Shown piece after piece: positions 53,899-64,000 of a DNA stretch of 64,000 nucleotides (positions are counted from its first letter, which is position 1; the number at the start of each line of letters is the position of its first letter). A program made the translations under genes and the position numbers. The stretch is from assembly GCA_038087875.1 (NCBI GenBank), contig CM075997.1:7194001-7258000 (forward strand). The letters are read 5' to 3'. The notes below the pieces were generated by a model. That model searched no databases, had not been told where the DNA came from, and saw only the letters and a list, made by a program, of their open reading frames with translations. Origin of the DNA: Malacoraja senta. Lineage: Eukaryota.

Positions 53899-54019
53899 CT
53901 AAGCCCTGTCCGAAACCTGTGGAAAGCAACATTTCCATTCAAATCAACAATCAGCCAGATGTCCCTATTTCCCTACAGCATAGCAGGAGGGCCGTTCAGC
54001 CCATTCCATCTGTATTTGG

Positions 54020-54540
54020 TTAGAGTCATAGAGTGATACAGCATGGACCTACCCTCAGTGCAACTTGCCCACACCGGCCAACATGTCCCAGCTATACTAG
54101 GCCCATCTGTCCATATCCCTCCAAACCTGTCCTATCCAAAGATCTAATATCTTTGGTCCTATCCATGTACCTGTCCAACTGCTTCTTAAACGTTGGGATA
54201 GTCCCAGCCTCAACTACCTCCTCTGGCAGCTCGTTCCATACACCCACCACCCTTTGTGTGAAAAAGTTACCCCTCAGATTCCTATTAAATTCTTTTCCCT
54301 TCACCTTTAAATAAACCTGTGTCCTCTGGTCCTCAATTCACCTACTCTGGGCAAGGGACTCTGTGCATCCACCCAAACTATTCCTCTTATGATTTTATAC
54401 AGCTCTATAAGATCACTTCTCATCCTCCTGCACTCCAAAGAATAGAGTCCCAGCCTGCTCAACCTCTCCCCATAGCTCAGGCCCTCGAGTCCCGGCAACA
54501 TCCTCTAAATCTTCCCTGCTCCCTTTCCAGCTTGACAACA
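54020..54540 (-). mobile_element. CR1 3' fragment
   Basis: MLPGLEGLSYGERLSRLGLYSL...VWNELPEEVV. Confidence 0.88.
54137..54155. mobile_element. 19-bp hAT remnant (TIR tips only)
   Basis: gtcctatc|caaagat-ctaat-atctttg|gtcctatc: 8-bp TSD, ends identical to those of the 11949 element. Confidence 0.75.
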
Positions 54541-55322
54541 TGTTGCCTTTATTGCCATGTAGGCCCTGCAGGAGCCTGAGGCTCGCCTGGGGCTCGCATG
54601 GATCGGGAGCCCACTCCATTAGACTGGGCGCGCGGGCAGACCAGGGCTTTGGACTTTGGCAATGGCGCCAAAACATGACGGAGGTGTAAACGCGGAAAAT
54701 GAATTTCACTCTGCAGTTGAACAAGAGACAATTAAAGCGCCAGTGAACCAGTTGATCAAAGGTGCTACCCTCATTAACCCTGCCTGCAAGTTGCTCACAA
54801 CCCATGAAAGTTAATCAATCACAGTCGCCCCTTAATAAATCCATTCTGGCAGCGTTTGATTAATCTGCACCTTCGTAAACGATGATTAATACTGTCTTTA
54901 CTCCAATAATTACCCCGACATTGGCTAACCTTAATTGCTAAATCTTGCTCTTTCTCTCTTCATTTCTCTCTGTAACTCTGCCAAGCAAGAGTGGCAAATG
55001 AAAAACAGAATCTCTTCAAAACGTTCCCTGCCTTCAGCTCCTGGAACAACCCAGGACACATATTATGCGGAAACGCTGGGGTAACTCCGCGGGACAGGCA
55101 GCATCTCTGGAGAGAAGGGTCTCGACCCAAAACGTCAGCCATTCCTTCTCTCCAGAGATGCTGCCTGTCCCGCTGAGTTACTCCAGCATTTTGTGTCTAT
55201 CTGCGTTGTGAACCAGCATCTGCAGTTCCCTTCCCACACATATTAACAGGCCTGGCCATTTCACCTGCTTCAACCTCTCAGTAGTTCTTCTCTCGCTGTG
55301 TGTTCTCATCTGTATCCCACAC

Positions 55323-55630
55323 TTTAGTTCAGTTTAGTTTAGTTTAGCGTGGAAACAGGCCCTTCGGCCCACCGAGCCCGTGCCGACCAGCGATCCCCGC
55401 ACACTAACACTATCCTACACACACTAGGGACAGGTTACATTAATACCAAGCCTATTAACTTACACGTCTTTGGAGTGTGGGAGGAAACCGGGGCACCCGG
55501 AGAAAACCACGCAGGTCACGGGGAGAACGTGCAAACTCCGTACAGACGGCACCGGTAGTCAGGATCAGGTCTCTGATGCTGCAAGCACTGTAAGGCAGCA
55601 ACTCTGGCATGAGGCTACGCCACCGTGCCA
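55323..55630 (-). mobile_element. V-SINE
   Basis: Reverse-complement SINE. Confidence 0.85.
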
Positions 55631-56339
55631 CCCCTTCTGCTCAATGCGATCACCCTGCATTCCTCTAACAAGCACCTCTTCCTTCCCTGATGTATTCTGA
55701 TGGTTGTTGAGGGCCTGTCCCACTTGGCTGTCATTTACGCGACAGGCCGGTAGTGCCTGTCGCGTGACTGTCGCGCGTGTCATCATGCGTCCGCACAGCC
55801 GTCTGAGCGCGTGACGTCATTTGAATACCCAGTTTATGATATTTACCCAGTTTATGATATTTATGGTGATTTTCTAAAATGTTCCGTTTTGGAATTGGAA
55901 AACTGCAGATGTAAGAGGGTAGTCGAGGCCAGTTCATTGGCTATATTTAAGAGGGAGCTAGATGTGGCCCTTGTGGCTAAAGGGATCAGAGGGTATGGAG
56001 AGAAGGCAGGTACGGGATACTGAGTTGGATGATCAGCCATGATCATATTGAATGGCGGTGCAGGCTCGAAGGGCCGAATGGCCTACTCCTGCACCTAATT
56101 TCTATGTTTCTATGTTTTAATGCCCCTATTCAAAAAAAGAGGTGAATGAAAAGTAGCAAGCTGCAGACCAAATTAATCTGTAGGAAGGAACTGCAGATGC
56201 TGGTTAAATTAAAGATAGACACAAAATGCAGGAGTAACTCAGCAGGACAGGCAGCATCTCTGGAGAGAAGGAATGGATGATGTTTCAGTCTGAAGAAGGG
56301 ACTCGACCCGAAACGTCACCCATTCGACCCGAAACATCA

Positions 56340-56606
56340 CCCTGTCCCACTTGGCCGTCATTTACGCGACAGGCGGTGGCGTGCGGAGATTTCGTGCAAC
56401 ACGAAATCCTGGCGCGCTGCGTGATACCGCGCGCAACTCCACACTCCCTGCGCGCAACTCCACACGTCTCGGTGTCGTTCACTATTCCCACACTCCATGT
56501 GCCCATCCCGCGTGTGGGTAGCCCGTCCCGCGCTACCCACACGCTACCCACACGCTACCAGGTTGCGTCAATGGCGCGCAAATGACGGCCAAGTGGGACA
56601 GGCCTT
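56340..56606. mobile_element. PIF/Harbinger-type MITE
   Basis: cctgtcccacttggccgtcattt / aaatgacggccaagtgggacagg; related truncated copy at ~55710-55822. Confidence 0.85.
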
Positions 56607-56724
56607 TTATTTACTGTCAACCACAACCACAAGAAGGAGATAATCTTGCCAGGCTGAGGAAGTTCAGCTTGAGGAAAGGCCTAACGATGTATGGCTGAGA
56701 AATCAGCCTAACCTCCAGTCCCAG

Positions 56725-57440
56725 TTTCCCTGAACACCTCCGCTCAGTCCGCCTAAACCTAGCTGATCTCCCAGTTGCTCAACACTTTAACTCCCCCCAT
56801 TCCCACACTGACCTTTCTGTCCTGGGCCTCCTCCACTGTCAGAGTGAGGTCCAGCGCAAATTGGAGGAACAGCATCTCATATTTCGCTTGGGCAGCTTAC
56901 ACCCCAGCGGTATGAACATTGACTTCTCTAACTTCAAGTGGCCCTTGCTTTTCCTCTCTCTCCCATCCCCTCCCCCTTCCCAGTTTCTCCGACCAGTCTG
57001 ACTGTCTCTGACTACATTTTATCTCTGTTTAAGAAGGAACTGATGCTGGAAAAATCGAAGGTAGACAAAAGTGCTGGAGAAACTAAGCGGGTGTGAAACT
57101 CAGTTGGAGAAACTCAGACTGAAGAAGGGTTTCGGCCCGAAACGTTGCCTATTTCCTTCGCTCCATAGTATGAACATTGACTTCTCTAACTTCAGATAGC
57201 CCTTGCTTTCCCTCTCTCTCCATCCCCTCCCCCTTCCCAGTCTCCCACTAGTCTTACCGTCTCCGACTCCATTTTATCTCTGTCCCGCCCACTCCCCTGA
57301 CATCAGTCTGAAGAAGGGCATCGACCCAAAACGTCACCTTATTCCTTCTCTCCAGAGATGCTGCCTGTCCCGCTGAGTTACTCCACCATTTTGTGTCTAT
57401 CTTCGGTTTAAACCAGCACCTGCAGTTACTTCCTACACTC
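56725..57440 (+). mobile_element. Penelope-like 3' fragment + pLTR with an internal templated insertion
   Basis: EHLRSVRLNLADLPVAQHFN...LEEQHLIFRLGSLHPSGMN; hammerhead-like motif at 57119-57146. Confidence 0.85.
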
Positions 57441-57974
57441 CAGTCTTCATGGCCAAGTTCAGACTTGAACTATGGACTTGAATCATACAAAATGGTGCCC
57501 GGAATGTGGCGACACTTGTGTATTGTCTCGGTGTCGTTCACTATTCCCACACTCTTGTATTTAAATATGATTGTGCCTTTGTGTAGTAAGATTTGTTTAC
57601 GAAACTTTACATAAGAATGGAATTTCACTGTACTGTACCTAACAATAAAGTGTCATTGAACTATTGAAGAATGGGCAGGTTGGATTGTACTTTGGGCTGA
57701 GAGAGAGGGTAGTTTAGATTCGAGATACAGCGCGGAAACAAGCCCACCGAGTCCGCACAGACCAGCGATCCCCACACACTAAAGGGCCTGTCCCACTTTC
57801 ACGACCTAATTCACGACCTCTGCCGAGTTTGCCCTTGACTCATACTCGCAGCATGGTCGTCACGAGGTCGTAGGAGGTTGTAGGTAGGTCGTAGCAAGTC
57901 ATGATGCTAGACGTAGGTACTTGTGACATCAAGTAGGTCGGGGCGTTTTTGTAGCATGATGAAAAATGTCCATT

Positions 57975-59225
57975 TGGTGCCAGCACAATAACCTGGGCCC
58001 TTAACACCCAGAAACCAAGGAACTGATTGTGGACTTTGGAAGGAGTAGAATGGGGACCCACTATCAACGGGTCGATGGTTGAAAGGGTCAAGAGCTTCAA
58101 ATTCCTGGGCGTGCACATCTCTGAAGATCTTTCCTGGTCCGAGAACACTGATGCCATTATTAAGAAAGCACATCAGCGCCTCTACTTCCTGAGAAGATTA
58201 CGGAGAGTCGGTTTGTCAAGGAGGACTCTCTCTAACTTCTACAGGTGCACAGTAGAAAGCATGCTGACCGGTTGCATCGTGGCTTGTTTCGGCAACTTGA
58301 GCGCCCTGGAGAGGAAAAGACTACAAAAAGTAGTAAACACTGCCCAGTCCATCATCGGCTCTGACCTCCCTTTCATCGAGGGGATCTATCACAGTCGCTG
58401 CCTCAAAAAGGCTGGCAGCATCATCAAGGACCCACACCATCCTGGCCACACACTCATCTCCCTACTACCTTCAGGTAGAAGGTACAGGAGCCTGAAGACT
58501 GCAACGTCCAGGTTCAGGAATAGCTACTTCCCCACAGCCATCAGGCTATTAAACCTGGCTCGGACAAAACACTGAACTTTATTAGCCAATACTGTTATTT
58601 GCACTTGATCAGTATATTGATTCATGTGTGTATATATCTATAGAATGCCTTGTAGTCAATGCCTACTATGTTCGGTGAGAGCAAGCGGAGGCTTGGCGAT
58701 CGTTTCGCCGAACACCTCCGGTCGGTCCGCAATAACCAACTTGACCTCCCGGTGGCTCAGCACTTCAACTCCCCCTCCCATTCCGTATCTGACCTCTCTG
58801 TCCTGGGTCTCCTCCATGGCCACAGCGAGCAACACAGTAAATTGGAGGAAATGCACCTCATATTCCGCTTGGGCAGTCTACATCCTGGGGGCTTGAACAT
58901 TGAATTCTCCCAATTCTGCTAGCCCTTCCTGTCCCCTCCCCTTCATCAGCCCTCTGGTTGTCTCCTCCCCTCCCCCAGCCCTCAGGCTCCTCCTCCGCCT
59001 TTTTCCTTTTTTCCTTTCTTCTCCCCACCCCCTATCAGTCTGAAGAAGGGTTTCGGCCCGAAACGTTGCCTATTTCCTTCGCTCCATAGATGCTGCTGCA
59101 CCCGCTGAGTTTCTCCAGCATTTTTGTGTACCTACTATGTTCTGTTGTGTTGAAGCAAAGCAAGAATTTCATTGTCCTATCAGGGACACATGACAATAAA
59201 CTCATTTGACACTTGACTTGACTTG
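57975..59225 (+). mobile_element. Rex1/Babar-type LINE 3' fragment
   Basis: VERVKSFKFLGVHISEDLSW...KKAHQRLYFLRRL...AIRLLN; (ttgac)n tail. Confidence 0.9.
58665..59133 (+). mobile_element. Penelope-like GIY-YIG 3' fragment + pLTR
   Basis: GESKRRLGDRFAEHLRSV...LHPGGLNIEF; hammerhead-like motif at 59040-59067; cctactatgttc duplicated at the flanks. Confidence 0.88.
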
Positions 59226-59346
59226 AAATGTCCACGAGTAAAAAAGGTTGTGAATTAGGTCGTGAAAGTGGGAACAGGCCCTTGACACTATCCTAAACAC
59301 ACTAGAGACAATTCCTAAATCCCCAACTCCTAAAACATTCCTCTCG

Positions 59347-59630
59347 TTTTAGTTTAGTTTAGTTTAGAGATACAGCACGGAAACAGGCCCTTCGGCCCAC
59401 CGAGTCTGCACCGACCAGCGATCCAAGACACTTTTACATTTATACCAAGCCACTTAACCTACAAACCCGTATGTCTTTGGAGAGTAGGAGGAAACCGAAG
59501 ATCTCGGAGAAAACCCACGCAGGTCACAGGGAGAACGTACAAACTCCGTACAGGGAGCACCCGTAGTCCGGATCGAACCCGGGTCTCTGGCGCTGTGAGG
59601 TAACAACTCTACCGCTGCGCCACCGTGCCG
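59347..59630 (-). mobile_element. V-SINE
   Basis: Complete minus-strand copy. Confidence 0.88.
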
Positions 59631-59974
59631 CACAGTGCGAGATACTTTATTGTCACTTTGTCACGTGTATCTCTAAACTAAACCAAACTAAAATAAACTG
59701 GATTTTTATAAAAGTCTATAAACGGACTGTGGGAAATAGATGCTCAATAAAAATTACATGTGTAGGATATTTCTAGTATAATAATAAATGACCTTATTCA
59801 GGTTTTCAGAAAGTATTTGAATTTATATTTAGACTAATATTTTTGTGTGGTTAAGCTGAAGATTAATGTCTGCAGACAGGAGATCTGTCGCCTATTTACA
59901 GGAGCAGCTGACAGGAAGGTTCTTATTCCTTCTTCAATTCCCCCCAGCAATGTTCGTTTTCATTTAGTTAAGAT

Positions 59975-60476
59975 TGGTTTATGATACAGCGCAGAAACAG
60001 GCCCTTCGGCCCACCGAGTCCACGCCGACCAGCGATCCCACACGCTAGGGACAATTTAAAATTATTCCAGGCCAATTAGCCTGCAAACCTGTACGTCTTT
60101 GGAATTCTCTGCCACAGAAGGTAGTTGAGGCCAGTTCACTGGCTATATTTAAGAGGGAGTTAGATGTGGCCCTTGTGGCTAAAGGGATCAGGGGGTATGG
60201 AGAGAAGGCAGGTACAGGATACTGAGTTGGATGATCAGCCATGATCATATCGAATGGCGGTGCAGGCTCGAAGGGCCGAATGGCCTACTCCTGCACCTAT
60301 TTTCTATGTTTCTATGTCTTTGGAGTGTGGGAGGAATCCGGAGCACCCGGAGGAAACCCACGCGTGTCATGGGGCGCAGGTACAAACTCCGTACGGACAG
60401 CGCGCGTAGCCAGGATCGAACCTGGGTCTCTGGCGCCGTGAGGCAGCAACTGTACTTCTGCGCCACCGTGCCGCCC
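59975..60476 (-). mobile_element. V-SINE interrupted by a plus-strand CR1 tail (~60098-60316)
   Basis: gtctttgga duplicated at both junctions. Confidence 0.85.
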
Positions 60477-60752
60477 CAAGACTCATCCCGACCAGTTCAG
60501 CTCCTGACACCAGGGTGGAGATGGTGCCGTTAGCAGATACGTTGATCTGCACCTGCAGAAGACCACTGTAGCTGGAAACTCTGGGTCCAGATAAATGATG
60601 CAACTGGAATAATAAGTCAACCAGGTAATAGTAAACCTGTATGGTCTTACAGGCAGCACAGGGATGCTGCCTCATAGCCCCAGGGACACCGGTTCGATCC
60701 TGACCTTGGGTGCTTTTTGTGTGGAGTTTGCCTATGGGTTTCCCATGGGTGT

Positions 60753-61263
60753 AACATAGAAACATAGACAATAGGTGCAGGAGTAGGCCATTCGGCTATT
60801 CTAACCAGCACCGCCATCCAATATGATCACGGCTGGTATGATCAGTACCCCGTTCCTGCTTTCTCTCCATATCCTTGATTCCGTTAGCCCTAAAAGCTAA
60901 ATCTAACTCTCTCTTGAAAACATCCAGTGAATTGGCCTCCACTGCCTTCTGTGGCAGAGAATTCCACAGATTTACAACTCTCTGGGTGAAATAAAAATAT
61001 CCTCATCTCAGTCCTAAATGGCCGACCCCTTGTTCTTAAACTGTGACCCCTGGTTCAGGACTCCCCCCAACATCGGGAACATTTTCCTGGATCTAGCCTG
61101 TCCAATCCTTTAAGAATTGTATATGTTTCTGTAAGATCCCTTCTCATTCTCAAAAATTCCTTGAATATAAGCCCAGTCGATCCATTCTTTCATCGTAATG
61201 TCAGTCCCGCCATCCTGGGAATTAGCCTGGTGAACCTGCGCTGCACTCCCTCAATAGCAAGAA
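60753..61263 (-). mobile_element. CR1 3' fragment
   Basis: Reverse complement of the CR1 C-terminus and 3' UTR. Confidence 0.87.
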
Positions 61264-61434
61264 CGGTGCTCCGGCTTCCTCCCACATCTTGAAGACTCAG
61301 GGGTTTGAGGGTTGATTAACCTCTGCAGATTGCCCCTAGTGTGCAGGGAGTGGATGCAAAAGTGGGATGACATAGTGTGAATGAGTTATCGATGGTCGGC
61401 ATGCTTGGCAGGCCAGTTTCCATGTTGTCGCCTC

Positions 61435-61690
61435 TCATTCATTCATTCATTCATTCATTCGACCACTCGACCACTCGACCAATCAACCAACCAAGAACCA
61501 ACCAACCAATATATTGATCGATTGATTCAATCAATCCATCAATCAATCAATTTATTGATTTATTTACCACTCAAGTAACCATTTATTTATTTATTTATTT
61601 ACCACCCAGTTGACCAATTAATTAATTGATTGATTGATTGATTAATTAATTCATTGTTTTGGTTTGTTGGTAAATTAATCAATGAATCAA
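61435..61690. repeat. Compound AT-rich tetranucleotide microsatellite
   Basis: (ATTC)n, (AACC)n, (ATCA)n, (ATTT)n, (ATTG)n. Confidence 0.85.
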
Positions 61691-62534
61691 TGAAGCTAAA
61701 CAGAGTACTTGCCGCTGCTGGTTTATACCAAAGACAGACACCAAGTGCTGGAGTAACTCAGCGGGTCAGGCAGCATCTCTGGAGAAAAAGGATGGGTGAT
61801 GTCTTGGGTCAGGGCCCTTCTTCAGTCTTGACCTGAAACATCGCCCATTCCTTCTCTCCAGAGACGCTGTCTGACCCAGAGTTGCTCCAGCGTTTTGTGT
61901 CTATCCCCGGTTGGAACCAGCATCTTTGCAGTTGCTTCCCACACAATTGGAGGGGGAGGACAGTAAACAAGGTGATGGGGACACTGCAAGCAGATGGGAC
62001 GTTGAGAAATAATGTCTTCAGCAATGCTGATGACGCACAAGGAGCTATTCTGCCTCAGCTGCGGTAGCCTGGAGATCATTGGAACTGTGATGGGAAACAT
62101 AAACAGTTGTGGTTCTTGCCACGGTTGTTCTTGCGCTAAGTGTGAAACGTTTAAATCTCACCACGTTTCAGAATATTGGAGGATTATTTGTTAACGGTGT
62201 GAGAGATTGTTATTTCCTGTGTTAATTGATGTCAGCAGAAGCTAAAATCCACTTAGTTTACCTCTTTATAAACTTTACTTTGATAAAGCCTGGGCCTATC
62301 AAATCTCAGAGGAATTTCAAAGTGAGGGCTCTGTTGTCGTCCAGTAAAACACTCGCAGCTAGATTGTGCACAGCATGCACCTGTGAACAGTGGTGCTTGC
62401 ATGCTTTTATATGCAAGTTAAGACTCAAATATTAAAAAAAAATTCGGACCTGAAACATAGGAGCTGGTGCCCAAAACCTGGCAACTCTCCTCTCCTCATT
62501 CAGTGTGGTCTACTGTCTTACGCTCTTATACTTA

Positions 62535-62771
62535 AGGGCCTGTCCCACTTTCACGACCTAATTCACCACCTCTGCCGAGTTTGCCCTTGACTCATACTCG
62601 CAGCATGGTCGTCACGAGGTCGTAGGAGGTCGTAGGAAGGTCGTAGCAGGCCGTGATGCTAGTCGTAGGTACTCGTGGCATCAAGTAGGTCGGGGCGTTT
62701 TTCTAGCCTGATGGAAAATGTCCACGAGTAAAAAAGGTTGTGCGTTAGGTCGTGAAAGTGGGACAGGGGCT
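62535..62771. mobile_element. PIF/Harbinger-type MITE
   Basis: tta|agggcctgtcccactttcacgacctaa...ttaggtcgtgaaagtgggacaggggct|tta. Confidence 0.92.
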
Positions 62772-62828
62772 TTAGTGTGATTGTGTCTAATGTATAGTAG
62801 GAACTGAACTGAACTGTACGCAAAATGG

Positions 62829-63133
62829 TGGCACAGTGACGCAGCGGTAGAGTTGCTGCCTCACAGCGCCAGAGACCCGGGTTCCATCCTGACCTCAGCA
62901 GCTGCCTGTACGAAGTTTGTACGTTCTCCCCGTGACCCTGTGGGTTTCCCCCGGGTGCTCCAGTTTCCACCCATGCTCCAAAGACGTACAGGTTGGTAGG
63001 TTAATTTGGCTTTGGTAAAAAACAATTGAAAATTGTCCCTAGTGCGTGTGGGATAGTGTGCGGGGATCGCTGGTCGGCGCGGACTCGGAGGGCCGAGGGG
63101 CCTGTTTCCGCGCTGGATCTCTAAACTAAACTA
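62829..63133 (+). mobile_element. V-SINE
   Basis: Head, core, tail. Confidence 0.87.
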
Positions 63134-63628
63134 GAAAATAATTCCACTGTTTGGGTACACTTGGTAATAAAGTGCTATTGAAGCCTTCTTTCTAATTCGG
63201 AGCTTTGAGAGTGCCGTTATGGGTTACAGTAGGCATGCAGGAGTAAATGACTATGGGAGTAAAGCATTCCTAGTTTTAAATTATAGATTGGAGAGGTAAT
63301 TTTCCTTCATTTAAAATTATAGCCACAGGAAAAGATTGCACCTACGTTATAAATTGCTGATGGTGTTTCACCGTCTAAATATTGTGACCACTATTTTATC
63401 TGCAGTGATTGATTACACCCTGTAACATTGAGTGGAGAGAATTCTTCACTGCCATGCAGTTAGTGGGCTGTTACCACCGCCTGTTTGTTAATGTGTAACA
63501 CTGACAGCCCTCTGAGATTTGAATGGTGTCTTTGCCTTGTTTCGAGGACTCTGCTCGCTATCTACGGGCAGCTGTGGATACGTCTGAACAAATATCATGT
63601 CGAAAATATTCATCGCAACGCAAAGTAA

Positions 63629-63938
63629 AGGGCCTGTCCCACTGTACGAGTTAATTCAAGAGCTCTCCCGTGTTCAGAATAAAAAATCAAACTCATGGTA
63701 AGCACCTAGAATGAACGTAGCGGGTACGTCGGAGCTCGGGGACGTCTCTTAGCGGCTCGTAACGCTAACGGCAGGTACTCGGGAAACGCGGTAAGCTCGG
63801 GAAGACTCGTGAAGATTTTTCAACATGTTGAAAAATGTCCACGAGAGCCCCGAGTACCTATCACCGTAATTCTCCGAGTTCGAATCAGGGGAAACTCGGG
63901 AGAACTCTTGAATTATGTCGTACAGTGGGACAGGCCCT
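63629..63938. mobile_element. PIF/Harbinger-type MITE
   Basis: taa|agggcctgtcccactgtacga...tcgtacagtgggacaggccct|taa. Confidence 0.92.
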
Positions 63939-64000
63939 TAATGGGAGGTGCTAGGAGTTTCTAAAGTTTAGTCTAAATGGCGGGTCTCGATCGAAACATC

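Larger units (their letters stand above)
57783..59282. mobile_element. PIF/Harbinger-type MITE split by nested Rex1-type LINE and Penelope fragments
   Basis: Both halves match the intact MITE at 62535-62771; aaatgtcca duplicated around the insert. Confidence 0.85.

Noticed and set aside
61930..62200. Possible additional exon in unique-looking sequence
   Set aside because: No NCX-like translation and no convincing splice-site pair

Overview
Eukaryotic, repeat-dominated vertebrate DNA. The HE1-type V-SINEs and CR1 partners point to a cartilaginous fish, probably a skate or ray (inference). The only host coding sequence found is a 100-bp internal exon (11358-11457, +) of an SLC8A/NCX Na+/Ca2+ exchanger, which the ORF track misses. 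Everything else appears intronic. It holds 3'-end CR1 and Rex1/Babar LINE fragments, V-SINEs, Penelope GIY-YIG/pLTR fragments, about 17 PIF/Harbinger-type MITEs, hAT MITEs, a solo LTR, a Helitron-like end, GC-rich non-autonomous retroelements, microsatellites and a 200-N gap. Four observations stand out. (1) About 20 minimal hammerhead-ribozyme-like motifs sit in Penelope-derived repeats, often as inverted pairs. (2) An LTR is fused to a 41-nt CCA-containing copy of its tRNA-Leu primer, running far past the normal 18-nt PBS. (3) Local templated insertions are present, one with an insertion-biased error pattern. (4) A 19-bp hAT remnant retains an intact 8-bp TSD. Repeat boundaries are read by eye and approximate unless a TSD is quoted.
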